NCBI GenBank assembly: GCA_016906335.1
Contig: JADEYG010000015.1
Span: 558,001-622,000 of the forward strand
DNA: 64,000 nucleotides
Source of the DNA: Novakomyces olei
Lineage: Eukaryota
Direction: 5' to 3'
Made by a program: the position numbers and the translations under genes. Under the pieces are notes generated by a model that worked only from the letters and a program-made list of their open reading frames with translations, was not told the DNA's origin and made no database searches. Positions 11,900-25,475 of the stretch are shown here, one piece after another (the stretch's first letter is position 1; each line of letters begins with the position of its first letter).

Positions 11900-13405
11900 C
11901 TACCCAATTTTAACTGCCCTCCGGCGTTGCCGTGTGCGGCTATGGCTCCGTAATAACCTTTTCCAAGATTGAGTCCATTGCAGTCTGTTCTCCTGCCACA
12001 TCTTCTCCAATGTTTGTAGCGGCTCAATAGCAAAAAGTGGATCTTGGAATACTGCAGCATTTTGCGACTGCAATTCGTGTAATTGGCTGCTTGAATCAGC
12101 AGCCTGATCCAAGCTTGCTTGCGGTCCATTCCCAGTGTCGTCTTTTGCCTCTAAAGATAGCGGTAAACTGTCCCCTGAAGGCTCATTAAACAAACTGAAT
12201 TCAGCTGTGCTAGCAGGATTTTGGGATAGACCAAAGAGAGCCTTCAGCGACTGAGACGGGTCCGCCACGTTTCCAAGGTCTTTGGTATTATGCTCACCAA
12301 CAGACGTGGAATCCAGAGGCTCATGTAATGAGTTTTCGGACAATTGAAACCCGTCATTTTTAGTCTCACTTTGAGCCTCTTGGTCCGGGGAATCGTCGCT
12401 TGTAGCCTCGTCGACTTGTACCTCTTCCGAACCTGGTGCAGCGATTTCATTCTTTAGCTCCGAGCGAGGGTTAACCGCTCCACTTTTAAGCTCAAGGTCA
12501 GGAAACATCCCAGATAAAAGGCTTAAATTGCGCCGCCGTTCTTGTTCAAACATTTCAGCATCGTTGTCGGCAGAACTATTGGCAAAACTACTGTCCCCCT
12601 TCTCGTTAAAGTTTCGTGGTTCGTCCGCAGTAGCACTTTGCTCCACGTTTGCTTCCATACTGTCGTCAGAATCGCTTTGGGTTCCAAGACGGGCATTCTC
12701 GTTTAGAGACGGATCCCTGGCTGCCGTTCCATCATCCCCCCGTATACTATCTTGGTCCCTAACATTGGCAAAAGAGACGTACCCTTCGCCATCATACATC
12801 CAAGTCATTCCGGCACGGGAAGAATAGTCTGGCCGGCCCCATACTTTTGTCAACTGCTCGCTATTATGAGGGTCATTGACAGCGCGACGACGGCCGTGTG
12901 AGTCTGTAAAGTGCATAACCGCAATAGCACGACCGTACCTTCCCTTGACCCACCCTGCTACCTGCTGATGTGAGCGTAAAGCCTTGTCTGTCATAAGCTG
13001 CGTTCGTTCAGCGTGCATTTCGCCCTGTATTAGCCCCTTCTCGAGACGTACGCGTTTTCTTGCACTTGCAGATTGATCTCCTTGCCCACTTTGCGGCTGA
13101 ACAGCCGACTTTTCTGCCGCTAAACGGTCTATGAATACAGGTTTTGCCGGTGCGACTTGCAGCCTTTCTCCTTTGTACACTGAATGGTGGAGGATTGTAC
13201 GGCACCGGTGCCATTGCTCTGGTGTAGTGGTGAGTGTAGCGTAGGCAAACCTTTGGTGTCTAACATCCGCCGACTTGTCCACTATTTCCACATCTCTGGA
13301 TTCAATGCTGCCAAACGGGGATAAGCGCACACAAATGTCGCTGACCGTTACGCTTGGTGCAACATTTCCAATCCACACTCGCTGCTTTATTGGCTCTTTA
13401 TCCAT
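11900..13405 (-). CDS. N-terminal RRM protein, probably nucleolar (Nop8/NOL8-like)
   Basis: First ATG gives MDKEPIKQRVWIGNV..LSPFG..FAYATL..YKGERLQVAPAKP (RRM), followed by a low-complexity acidic region. Confidence 0.65.
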   Translation of the reverse strand: MDKEPIKQRVWIGNVAPSVTVSDICVRLSPFGSIESRDVEIVDKSADVRHQRFAYATLTTTPEQWHRCRTILHHSVYKGERLQVAPAKPVFIDRLAAEKSAVQPQSGQGDQSASARKRVRLEKGLIQGEMHAERTQLMTDKALRSHQQVAGWVKGRYGRAIAVMHFTDSHGRRRAVNDPHNSEQLTKVWGRPDYSSRAGMTWMYDGEGYVSFANVRDQDSIRGDDGTAARDPSLNENARLGTQSDSDDSMEANVEQSATADEPRNFNEKGDSSFANSSADNDAEMFEQERRRNLSLLSGMFPDLELKSGAVNPRSELKNEIAAPGSEEVQVDEATSDDSPDQEAQSETKNDGFQLSENSLHEPLDSTSVGEHNTKDLGNVADPSQSLKALFGLSQNPASTAEFSLFNEPSGDSLPLSLEAKDDTGNGPQASLDQAADSSSQLHELQSQNAAVFQDPLFAIEPLQTLEKMWQENRLQWTQSWKRLLRSHSRTRQRRRAVKIG

Positions 13406-14153
13406 ACTCTGGCGCTGTAATATAAAGGAACAAACAGTTGGCTCGTAGCCAAGCCAAATGGCTCTGCTGTGAAATTTACAAAACTCGATTGTTAAACCTT
13501 TATCAATAACATTTGGTCCCAATAGCAAAGCGAGTCTGTGCCGACAATCGGCTCGCAAAAGCAGAAATGTTGGCGATAGCAGAATATTTGTGCGACAGAA
13601 AAATAATTTAATTTAAATGTACAGCTTTTATCACACACGCGATTGTTTATACGCAGTCAGAGTGCAATATTTTTTTACTAGTATAAAGCTTTTTGGCAAA
13701 GTGTCAAAGTAGTACATGAAAAGTTTATCTACAACATTTGCCAAAACATGAGACACATGGAATTATTTATGCAATATATTCGGCACATAAAACCTATCCT
13801 CTCGTACACAATTTTTGCCAAATGCCCAACATTTTCCAACACTTTCCAACACTTTGGCGAGCACATCAAATTGTGCCACACAGCTTTTGCTGTACACACT
13901 TTGGATAAAGTTTTGCCTTTTGCGATTTCAGCATTTGCGGAAGACTATATTACAAAGTGGCGTTTCTTACCTTTGAATAGGAAGGATTACCAACTTCGCG
14001 ATATACATTATTATTTTCCACACCTGTCATTCATCATACATTACCTATATATTACGTACCTTATCCCAGACTGGAAATGAATATACTGTCATTGACGAGC
14101 GACTATTTGCTGTCAGCCCACATTTGAGGAGCTAATCAATTTGAAACGTTTCA

Positions 14154-15291
14154 ATGGCGGCGGATAACGATGCATTTGTATTGAAAAAGGTAGGCTCCTT
14201 CGCCTACGAGTCACGCCCAGTCCCGCAACTTCCAGGCTCGGATTATGTACGTGTCCGTGTAGTTTCTACCGGCATATGGTACGTTGTTGCAGCGTGTAAG
14301 ATTTTTGTGACTCATATTTTACAGTGGATCAGACGTGCACTACTGGAAAGAAGGCGGCATCGGCGATTATATAGTACGCAAGCCTCTAGTTCTTGGGCAC
14401 GAGTCCGCAGGCATAATAGATGCTGTTGGCGATGAAGTCACAGAATTCCACAAAGGCGACCGTGTCGCTATCGAGCCCGGTTTGCCGTGCAGAGTGTGTG
14501 AACAGTGCGTTTCCGGCCGGTACAACCTTTGCCCGCACGTGATTTTTGCGGCTACACCTCCAGTCGATGGTACTTTAGCACGTTACTACATAACTCGGCG
14601 CGATAATGTGTTTTTGCTGCCAGAGAATGTTTCTCTCGATGAAGGTGCGGCTTGCGAGCCATTGAGTGTAGCACTGCATGCTGTAGAGCAAGCCAAGTTA
14701 AAGCCGCAACAGTCTATCATTGTTTTCGGTTGTGGCCCCGTCGGTCTGCTTTGCCAGGCAGTTGCTCGGGCCTATGGGGCCTCCAAGGTCGTGGCTGTAG
14801 ACATCCAAAAGGGCAGGGTAGCGTTTGCTGGAAAGTATTCCGCGACTCATACTTTTATTCCTCCTGCTCCTGCAGATAAGTCCAAGCCTATTGAAAATGC
14901 AAAAAATGCTGCTGTCGAACTGGTTAAAGCTTGCGATTTGGGAGAGGGCGCGCATTGCGCGATTGATGCTACGGGTGCGCCTCCCTGTGTACAAACTGCT
15001 CTTTTCGCACTTCGACGAGGTGGTACTTTAGCGCAGGCGGGAATGGGAGCACCAGATGTTCTTATTCCTATTGCGCATATGATGTCGAGAGAAATCGGCG
15101 TTACTACTTGTTTTCGCTACGCGGGGACTTATCCGCGTGCAATTGATCTTATTAGCCGTGGACTGGTTGATGTAAAGACGATTATTTCGCACAGATATCC
15201 TTTCAGAGAGGCAGAGGAGGCATTCAAAAAGACATCGAGCGGTGACGAGGGCGTTGTCAAGGTACTGATCCAAGGTCCTGACGAGGAGTAA
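14154..15291 (+). CDS. Zn-dependent sorbitol/xylitol (polyol) dehydrogenase, MDR family; intron 14279-14324
   Basis: GICGSDVH after splicing, GHESAG, CRVCEQCVSGRYNLC, ATPPVDGTL, GCGPVG, FRYAGTYP. Confidence 0.93.
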
Positions 15292-15966
15292 GCTGCTCTG
15301 GGTTCTTTATTTTCGAGTGTGTATAGTATATACCAAGTGACATGGAACTAGTACAATTGATAGGAGTGTATCTTGAATTCATTCGCTGAATGGTAAAGAC
15401 TGGTAGGTAGAGTAAAAAAGGCAATTTTTGTCTATATATGTGTTTTATTTGTTTGCACTCGACGGCGATAGATGGAAAAGTAGCGTATATCACGAGCACA
15501 ATATGGCCGACTTGCCCTGCACACTTTTAATATTTAATTTACTGCTAAATGTACGTGTGTGTGTCGCGAGTATATGACGTAGCCAAAAATTGAAGTCGGC
15601 CGCGAATTAATATTAATTGTTAATTAATACGCATGTAAAATTACATTCAAGTCTAATTACATTCAAGTCTACTTCCAGTTAAAAGTAACGCGCAGGTAAA
15701 AGGGTCTAACTCTCGCCAAACACGGAGATTTAACGACCGGCTAAATGTTTGATTGAAACTTGTCAGTGTAAATCATCAAACGGTATTTTGTGAATCTTTC
15801 CACATGGCGTATCCGTATACATGTGTAGAGCTATTAAACGTCATATTTTAGGATAAATTACCGGTTGTATGACCCACCTTTGTAAACATATCTACTGTAT
15901 TTATATACCGCGGAGAATCCGCTCCCTCCGCGCCAAACATTCACCATTGCAATTACATTTTGCAAA

Positions 15967-17085
15967 ATGTCGTCTGTTCCCTCGTTTACCGTTCCCGTCT
16001 CTGGTGACAAAATCAGTCTTCTCGGCCTCGGTACTTTTGCCGCTGATAGAAAAGATGACGATAGTGTGTACAAGAGTGTACGGGAAGCACTGCGTATCGG
16101 TTACCGTCACATCGACACTGCTCAGGTACGGCGGTACGGCGGTTCGGCATTCAATCAGCCGGCTTTTTGTTTTGCACTTGCTAATTGGCTAGGAATATGG
16201 CTGCGAGGGTCAAGTTGGAAAGGCTGTTCGGGACTCGGGGATTCCGCGCAAAGAAATATTTGTGACTACAAAGTTTTGGAACTCTCTTCATTCTCCTGAA
16301 GGTGTCAAGGAAGCTATTGATATTTCGTTAAAGGTAACATAACCAAAAGAAATGCTTTTTTCAGTTTTTGATTATTGTTCTAAATTATTTACCATCTTCA
16401 GGGTCTTGGCTTGGAATATATCGATCTCTTTCTCATGCACTATCCCATTGCTTGCAAACCCGATCCTAAAGATCATACTCAAGAGCTGCGAGATGAAAAT
16501 GGTCAGGTCATTGTCCTGGAAGACCTGACACATGACCATGTTCCTACTTGGCGGGCAATGGAACAGCTTGTTGCCGAGGGACTTGTACGCAATCTTGGCG
16601 TTTCTAATTTCAATACTAGTATGCTGGAGGCCTTGCGCCCTCATGTCAAAATCCCAATTGCCTGCGATCAAGTAGAATGTCACCCTTGGCTGCAGCAGTC
16701 GCAGTTGCGCGAATATTGTAAGAAACACAATATTCTTGTCGTTGCTTTCTCTCCTCTCGGAGCTCAAGGCGATCCTATGGCGGTGCCGGACACAGACCGT
16801 AAACTGATGGACGAGCCGGTAGTTAAAAAGGTCGCTGCCAAAAACAATGTTACTCCAGGACAGGTTTTACTTGGATGGAATACAGGGCTGGGTAATGCGG
16901 TTATTCCAAAATCCGCTAATCCCAGCCGTATCCGCCAAAACATGGAGGGAGCTGCTCTGAAGTTGCCCAAGGAAGATTTTGATGAAATTACTCGAATTGG
17001 CGAGCAAGGCCAGTTCCGTTTGGTCAACTTTGACCAGTACTTTAACCATTATCCGCTTTACGGTGACGACAGGCAGTACCCGTGA
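15967..17085 (+). CDS. Aldo-keto reductase (Gcy1/Ypr1/aldose reductase-like); introns 16126-16192 and 16334-16401
   Basis: [43 protein letters not shown] and IPKS motifs. Confidence 0.93.
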
Positions 17086-17641
17086 GCCAGCTTTAAAGTC
17101 CTTAATCGCATATACGAACGTGTAAGAAATGACATATTCTGTGTAAACGTGTCCTGTGTTTGTGTATAGATGTTTAAAATGATTTAATGTTTTGAAATTT
17201 GATTGAATCAAACGTGTTTAGTTTGACTGAAGAGTTTACTGTTTGACAGGCACATATGTAGTCTTTTGAAGAGTATATGTTGTATAGCGTAGTAGACCAG
17301 GAATTACGGGTCATACATATCATGCCAACGGTACTTATGAAATTTTGGACCATTTAATGTGCTGAAAATACTCGCGCCTCGATTTTAATGGGTCCATTTC
17401 TCCCTAATGTTAGGTTGGCACACATAAAAGCCCTATACTAGAAAACCCTAATTCATCGTAGACTGTAAACTCTAAAGAGCTTGGATACTTTGATTTCCCT
17501 TTAGATAATGTATGCACGTCTTTTCTCATATCATCTTGCACTTTAACACTGCCTGGCACCACAAATATTTTAGTATTAGCTGACACCGCTCATAAGAGGT
17601 AAATCAGTATTTCATCAAATTATTCCAGTAAGAAACAAAAC

Positions 17642-19267
17642 ATGGCCGATAGCCTGCTTGAGCTGCAACGCAGCGTGGCCGAAGACCGTGAGCGGTTGGA
17701 ACAAGCTATAGCAGACCGCTTGGCTTTGAAGCCGGCCCATAGTAAACGAGAAGCGGTTCTGCGCGAACACGAAATCGTAAAGTTTATTGATCGCAATCAT
17801 GAACAAAGCGAGTTTCTTCTACGTCTTGTTGATGACGCCTCAGGGTAGGGATTGCGCGAGAGCAAGCCTGCCGATTATTTTACTGACAACCGCAGAGATA
17901 AAACTAAAGAGGTTACCAATTTGAAAAGCTCGGAAAATGATCTGGACAAGTTTTATAGTCGCTATAGAGCGATTCGTGATTTTCATCGACGGTACCCTGA
18001 TCGGGACGTCGTTGATCTCGCCGCGTCTTATACGCGAAAACGCTCAGAGGCCACTAGTTTAGCGGTCCCTGATGGTATGAATTTTTCTGTTTGTATCAGA
18101 TTGACGTGAAATAAAATGAGACTTTTTTGATTGAAACCAATTCTTGACAGCTGACATTTAGCCATCTCTAATCAATTTTCCGGTGAAGAAAGGTTTGGCA
18201 GGTACCTCGATCTCAATGCTCTCCATGAGGAATACTGCAATCTTAGAGACGTGCAGCCGATTTCGATAACCAATTACGTTGATCGGATGGATGATTTTAC
18301 GGGAATATCTGTCGGATCAAAAGGCGAAGCCTACTCAAAATATCTGGATCACTTTGTGGGGTATCTGGATAGTTTTTACCGGAAAACAAGGCCACTTGAA
18401 GACCACGACAAACGGTTAGAAATCCTTGAGACAGAGTTTGAGGCGGCTTGGCAAGATGGAAAAATACCTGGCTGGAGCGAATTATTACTCGGCGATAAAA
18501 ACCCTCTTTATTGTGAGGCGTGTGATAAATTGTTTACAAAGGATACTGTTTACAAAGCCCATTTAACCGGGAAAAAACATTTGAAAGCGGTAGAGTTAAA
18601 ATCAACAAGTACAAATGTAGAAAAAGATGCAGCTGCTGCGAAACCAGAACGGTACAAACTTCTGGCGGCTAAAGAATTCAGAGTTACCCGTCTTATCAAT
18701 CTTTTACAGAAAGAGCGTAAAGATACAAGGGAGAACCTAACGCGCAAGCAAACACTCACCGGCGCTGAATGGGAGGCAGAAATAGAGGCTCTTGAGACAG
18801 CGGAAGCTGATGCTGATGCTGAGGAAGCTGAGGAAGAAAGCATGAACATTGATGACGATGAAGGGTTGGATGAAGGTGATGGTGATGTGGTATATAATCC
18901 ACTCAAACTGCCTTTAGGTTGGGATGGAAAGCCCATTCCTTTTTGGTTGTGGAAGCTACACGGGTTAGGGGTCGAATACTCTTGCGAGATTTGTGGGAAT
19001 TTTGTGTATATGGGACGTAAAAATTTCGATAGACATTTCTTTGAGCAGCGGCATACCTATGGGCTAAAGTGCCTCGGTATTAATAACTCTTACTTGTTTA
19101 GCAATATTACAAGTATTGCAGACGCAACTACTCTAAATGACAAATTACGTCGGGACCGAAAATTGAGTGAGAGGCGGGCCGATGCGACTGTCGAGGTGGA
19201 AGATGAACAGGGGAACGTTATGTCTGAGAGAGTTTACAATGATCTCAAGGCTCAAGGCTTGATCTAG
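17642..19267 (+). CDS. PRP9: Splicing factor SF3a subunit 3 (Prp9/Sap61); introns 17845-17895 and 18075-18161
   Basis: FSGEERFGRYLDL, zinc finger YCEACDKLF..HLTGKKH, YNPLKLPLGWDGKPIPFWLWKLHGL, EVEDEQGNVMS..YNDLKAQGL. Confidence 0.96.
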
Positions 19268-19705
19268 TCTGCTTGTTTGAGACTGATAGATATGAAGGAG
19301 AGAATCAATAAAAAGAAGCTATTCTGCTCACGACGTGATTCACTCTACCAAATGCGTTGGCGTATGCTTATGGACGGACACTTTTTGATTCAAAATTATT
19401 AGCTTGAGCATAACGCCCGCTATACAAATGTCGGTGTAGTCTCAAGTGAAAAACGTGAGTATAAAGCAATGAGGAGCGATTGTCGCAAATGTTTTATACA
19501 AAAGAGTCTGCATTTGAAGCACAAACTGTATTCGCCACCGCTTCGCCTCCAATTCTTGTCTCGCCTATACACTATTTTAACGTGCTCCAGAAATTCACTA
19601 TATATATATTTCAAGGCTTAGGTGTACGTCTGCACACCTCACGTCCACATATTATATATGTACAGTAGATTTGAAAGTGTGGGGAACAAGGATCAATCTC
19701 GTTTG

Positions 19706-19756
19706 GCATAAATTTGAGCATAAATTTGAGCATAAATTTGAGCATAAATTTGAGCA
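19706..19756. repeat. 12-bp tandem repeat (GCATAAATTTGA)x4 upstream of the glutaminase gene
   Basis: Seen directly. Confidence 0.9.
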
Positions 19757-19886
19757 CATCGAAGTACAAGTCCCGTCACTTTTAGCGTAGTTTAGCGAGA
19801 ATCTAATTGCATTTAATACAGAAGCACAAAGGTATAAGGTATACGCAAAACTGCTGGTAAATACGCGAGCCTGCTTGTTCGAACTA

Positions 19887-22475
19887 ATGGCTCCAACATT
19901 GATCACTATCGCTATCGTTCTATCCTCACTCCTACTACGCTCTGTCGGGGCAGCGTCCACGTACTATCCATTCAAGCCTCCCGCTGTCCCGTTGATGGTT
20001 AATTCGCCTTATTTCTCCGTATGGTCGTCTACTGCCGATGGGTCCGAGCTGAACACCCAAAACGTCATATTTTGGAATGGCCGGAAACTTGATTTGTGCG
20101 GTTATGTCACTGGTAATTGTTTTATTATTAGGATTTTGTGCTAGGGCTGATAATTGCTTTTTGCTTTGGGGGATTAGTCGACGACGAGGCGTACGAATGG
20201 ATGGGCGATTTAAAGATAATTCGGGAATCGCGAAAAGCGGAGCAGACCAAGTTGGAATTCGACGCAGCTTCGTCTAACTTTACCTTCACTGCCGGCCCTA
20301 TACAGCTTCAAGTAGAGTTTATCACGCTCGTGGTACCTGACGATTTCTGCTTGAGCAGTATTCCTATGTCTTTTGTAACGTTTCGCTATCATTCACTCGA
20401 CGGCAAACATCATGAAGTTTCCGTGTACATATACATTGGATCGCGAGTGCTATCAGACACAAATGCCGATGTTTACATTGCTTCCTATGGGCGGCTTCAT
20501 TCATATGTACAGCATATTCCGCACCAACGAGTGTTTCACGAAACAAACGACTTGGCGGAATGGGGGGCATTATATTTTACGGCGAATATTAGCACTTCCG
20601 GTTTAGCTACATCGGTATCAACGACAAGAAGTTGCCTTTCCGAAAACAAACCCCTACCAAATTTTGCAGACAAAATTGTTCGGCGCTCCGACAAGCCGCA
20701 TGTTTCTCTTGGGTTCGTATTCGATATGAACGATCCAACTGTTGAGTAAGATTTTGAAATTTTCATCTCTTTATTTGCGTCAATTACATTGTGATTTTAA
20801 ATGCTTTCCGTTTATTTTTTGACGTTTTTGTGTTCTTCTACAAATCAGTCTTAAAATTATGCGGAGATATAGCGCTATTCTTCTAACGACAGCCCACGTG
20901 TGGGTGTAGGGTATTTTCATGATCCAGTCATACATATCAATGATTCTTTCGGGGTCAGAGACGAGGAACCCTTGTGGAAAAAGTGCTATGGCGATAACGA
21001 GGCAAAGGTTGTCTTTGACTATTTTATTCGATCGGAAGGACTGCGTACTTTGACCAATAATTTTGTTAGTCAACTTAAACAAGATGCTTTAGAAGCTCTC
21101 GGTAGCAAATGGCCTCCAGCGTTGACCGATAAGTCTTCACTCGCGCATTATGGCCTTGCTGCATTATCAGTCAGGCAAGTATTGGCCTCTATGGTCCTTG
21201 TGGGAAATGATACACAGGAACCTGATATTTATATGAAAGAAATTTCGTCTGATGGTGAGAACAGGTCTATTAAAACAACCTCTACTTCATAAGATTTGGC
21301 GTTTGTTCCTTGCTGACAAAAGGCAATATTAATACTCCCGATGTAATATATCCGGCTATGCCATTTTTCCTTTACGCCAATCCCGCTTGGCTTAAAGGAT
21401 TACTTTCACCGCTCTATCGCTATCAGGATACAAAGCTCTACCCAAATGAATATGCCATGCACGATATCGGATCACTGTTTCCCAATGTTACGGGGCATCC
21501 TAAAGGTATGAAAGAAATTATGGTTTAATTATTTTTAAATTATAGTTTTATTTTCTATATTTTTGGAATTTTTCTTCTAACACGATGAAAGGTGACGACG
21601 AGCGCATGCCGATAGAAGAATGCGGAAACATGATTATAATGTCACTAGCCTACTTCAGAAAAACAGAGGATACAACATTTCTTTTAGAGCATTACGAAAC
21701 TCTTAAAAGATGGGCCGACTACTTGGTGCATAATGGCCTTGTTCCAGGCTTGCAGTGTAAGTTTGATCGATTGATAAATTGCTGTTTGCTATCTATGATT
21801 TCTGTGTCATTTAGTCCCAAATATTCCGACTATCAAGTTAACATTTCAAGTGAGCACTGACGACTTCTCCGGTCCATTGGCAAATCAAACAAACCTGGCG
21901 CTAAAGGCGATTATTGGCATAAGATCGATGGCCGAAATTTCTGCGGCTATCGGCAAAACATCCGATTATTTGACGTATTTTTCTGTCGCTGGGAATTTTC
22001 TGTCTTTTTGGCTTAAACACGCTCTTACTGACTTGAATACGCACGCAATGCTGGCGTATCATATGCCAGACTCGTGGTCGTTGTCCTACAATATGTACGC
22101 TGATCAATTGTTGCAATTGAGCTATCTTCCAGAGTCCTTGTACGCTCAACAGAGCAGGTTTTATCTGGAAAAATTTGAAAAGTACGGCATTCCCCTGGAC
22201 AATAGACACAGTTACACAAAGCTAGATTGGGAACTTTTTGTGGCCGCACTTTTACCGGACACCAATAGACACGAAATTTTTGATAGAATATACGATTTTC
22301 TGGAAGAAACAGGTAAGTTGCGCTGCCCTACTTGTAATACTAAATCCCTTTAGACACTGGTCTTCCCCTGACTGATTTCTATGATGCTGTGACTGCTAAA
22401 TTTCCAGAGCCGGCCAAGTTTTTCAACCGGCCTGTGGTGGGGGCAGCATTTGCACTAATGGCCTTAAGTACTTGA
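19887..22475 (+). CDS. Secreted glutaminase GtaA-like protein (DUF1793/DUF4965/DUF5127 family), 7 exons
   Basis: Signal peptide, PPAVPLMVNSPYFSVW, MKEISSDGNINTPDVIYP, YAMHDIG, MPIEECGNM, QLSTDDFSGPLANQTNLALK, RPVVG; six introns, three ending in AAG. Confidence 0.88.
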
Positions 22476-22865
22476 TTTTGTTTCTCAATTGGATCCATTG
22501 TAATTTTTTAAAAATGATCTCCTCCTGCATGCGAGTTTCGCAAACAAGCGAGGTCAGATACGTGGACTTCTCTGTGCTTGTTGATTTTTCCGCAACTGAT
22601 TCTAGTTGCTGTTTATGTTTCAAGCCGTGGGCTTTCGGTTTCATTATATATAATTATTCTTGCAAGAGGTAGTAGATATAATGTTATTTTTCCAGCGCTT
22701 TTAGGCGTATACAAGTGGATATATTGGTTAGCAAATCGAATGAATATTAAACTCAAGCAGAAACATATAACAGCCCACATATGAAGAGCCAGAAGCCCTT
22801 TAAATTGCCATCAAAAAGCCGGTGCCGACTGATTGCGTGCCGATTCCCGTTGCTTGCTAGGCCAA

Positions 22866-23516
22866 CCCCACATTAATATCGGCGCGTCGCGTTATAAAGA
22901 CTTTTTGTCCAGGCTCGATCGAGTAGCGAAAAAGGGCAGAATTAATAGATTTCATTACGTAATCATTAATTATTTGTCAGCTCGATCGAATATGGTGATC
23001 AGACTGTAATTTCGCCGAATAATATTTATTTCGCGACAGCACTCGGAGTACATTTTGGTCTGTCTAACTGCAGCATTTCGACAGGATAGTGTCCATCACA
23101 CTGCTAACAGCAAGTTCCCCGCCCCTAATATTGACTAAAATTTCACAAAAAAGGAAGGCGACACTGGTCCACTGCACATCATATGCTTTTGCATTTGATT
23201 ATGCAGCCCACAGTATTACATGGAGAATTTTTGCCGACCAGTCGGCCCCTTTTGGACGTTCTAGAATGCAAACATACATTACGAGCTCGAGCGATACCGT
23301 GTTCGTCGATTGTTCCAGGCTATTGTTCTACGGCCTACTGTTTTGGGACGGAACCCACATTCGGAGCTCGGTGAGATCTCGGATAGGCACCGCGTGATGC
23401 AGAGAATATTCCCCCATATTCCCCCTAAAATCCTGTTCTATAAAAGCCGAAGGGTTCTCACCATTGCCCCACAAAACATAGTCGGAAAGCCTTCTCTATA
23501 TACCTTTCTTCCCCAC
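22866..23516. promoter_or_regulatory. Four SYGGGG (Mig1/CreA/Scr1-type) sites upstream of the FSY1-like gene
   Basis: CCCCAC at 22866, 23467, 23511 and CCCCGC at 23117, same orientation, mostly with A/T-rich flank. Confidence 0.45.
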
Positions 23517-23632
23517 AAGAATCCAAGGCACTGCATTCCAAAGATTATATTTACAAGTGTTTTTACTGATTCATTCCAATATTTTCCGTTTAGTCTCTTC
23601 ATTCCCCAATTTTTTGCTAGGATCGACTCGCA

Positions 23633-25475
23633 ATGGCACCTCGAGAAGTGTTTATCGATCCGACCACGGAGAAGCTTGATCAGTTTGATGAAACGGAGCA
23701 TATTGCCGACACTACAAGCAACTTTCGATCACAGGTCTTGGCTCACGTCGACCTTGACCAAGCAGTCCAGCAATTAGATGAGCAAGGCGCAGCCTGTGCA
23801 AAGAAGCGAACATGGTGGGAGCGGATGAAGTCGTTAGAAATCGAAACGACCTTTAAGAACCGGAACCACATGGTCTACATGCTGGGTGGATTCGCGTGTA
23901 TGGCTGGTATCCTCTCCGGTATTGATCAGAGTATCATTTCTGGAGCCAATTTTGGTGTCACCGATATGCTCCACTTGACAACTCATCAAATGTCTCTCGT
24001 CTCCTCTCTTATGCCGCTGGGCGCAGTAGGCGGCTCCATCATGATGACCCCACTGAACGAATATTTTGGCCGTAAAAAGTCTATCATCATCTCTTGTATT
24101 TTCTACACTGTTGGTGCAATTATGTGTGCTGCTGCTCCTAATTTTGGTGTTTTGGCTGCTGGACGTACTATTCTTGGAGCCGGTGTCGGTATTGAAGGTG
24201 GCTGCGTGGGCATTTATGTTTCCGAGTGTGTTCCCTCTAATGTTAGAGGTAACCTTGTTTCCCTGTACCAGTTCAATATTGCTCTAGGCGAATTATTTGG
24301 TTATATTGTGGGTGTTATTTTCTTTGACGTCTATGGCGGCTGGCGGTTCATGCTGGGATCGTCCCTGGTTTTCTCCACGATTCTGGGCGTCGCCATGCTG
24401 TTTTTGCCGGAATCGCCTCGCTGGCTTGTGCACAAGGGAAGAGTAGGCGAGGCCTGGAACGTTTACAAGCGATTGCGTGACGTAAACTTGGAATCCAGCA
24501 AATTGGAGTTTCTGGAAATGCGTCATTCTGCTGCTCGTGATTTCGAAATGCACTCCAAGGAACCTCGCTTCAAAGCCTACTTTGATCTTTTCCGAATTGC
24601 ACGCAATCGTCGTGCTCTCGTTTATGCTTCGATTATGATTAGGTATGAATCATGCTATGTCTTGGATCTTTATTATCTTTCACCTTCACAATCTTTAAAA
24701 CGTCATTTTTTCCTCTCTTCTGACTAATATCTAGTCTTGGACAACTGACAGGTGTGAATGCTATCATGTACTATTTGAGCACTCTTCTGAACCATATCGG
24801 CTTCGACGAAAAGCGATCTATTCTCATGTCTATGGTAGGCGGCGCGGCTCTACTTCTTGGTACAATTCCGGCTATTTTATTCATGGACCGGTTTGGACGG
24901 CGCACTTGGGCGAACACTATCTTTATTTTCATCATTGGCCTGGTTCTTGTTGGCGTGGGTTTCCGTATCAATATCAACACCAACCTTCGTGCTGCAGAGG
25001 GTGTCTACCTGACCGGCCAGATTCTTTACATGCTGGCTTTTGGCTCGTATGCTACTCTGACGTGGGTGGTTCCCTCTGAATCATTCTCCTTAAGCACTCG
25101 ATCGGCCGGAATGACCATCTGCTCTTCCCTCCTTTACTTGTGGGCTTTTACTGTCACGTACAACTTTGAACGTATGCAGGCGGCTTTCACCTATACCGGC
25201 CTGACTCTTGGATTTTATGGCGGTATCGCCGTATGCATTGGTAAGTTTGCTCTTTTTGACTTCATTATTGTCTAAGAGGCAGTGTTTGCTAACATTATGT
25301 AGGTATTCCTTACCAACTCTTTTTCATGGTGGAAACAAAAGACAAGACGTTGGAGGAAATCGACGATCTGTTTTCACGGCCAACGATGGACATCGTTCGG
25401 GAAAATACCCGCAACATGAAAAACAGTATTTCTCGCACGTTTAAATGGAGGAGCAGTGAACACGTTGTCTCATAG
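23633..25475 (+). CDS. FSY1: Fructose/H+ symporter Fsy1-like MFS sugar porter; introns 24643-24734 and 25241-25302
   Basis: Long stretches matching recalled Fsy1: LSGIDQSIISGA, SLVSSLMPLGA, TPLNEYFGRK, GVGIEGGCVGIY, GGWRFMLGSSLVFSTIL, FTYTGLTLGFYGGIA, ETKDKTLEEIDD. Confidence 0.85.
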
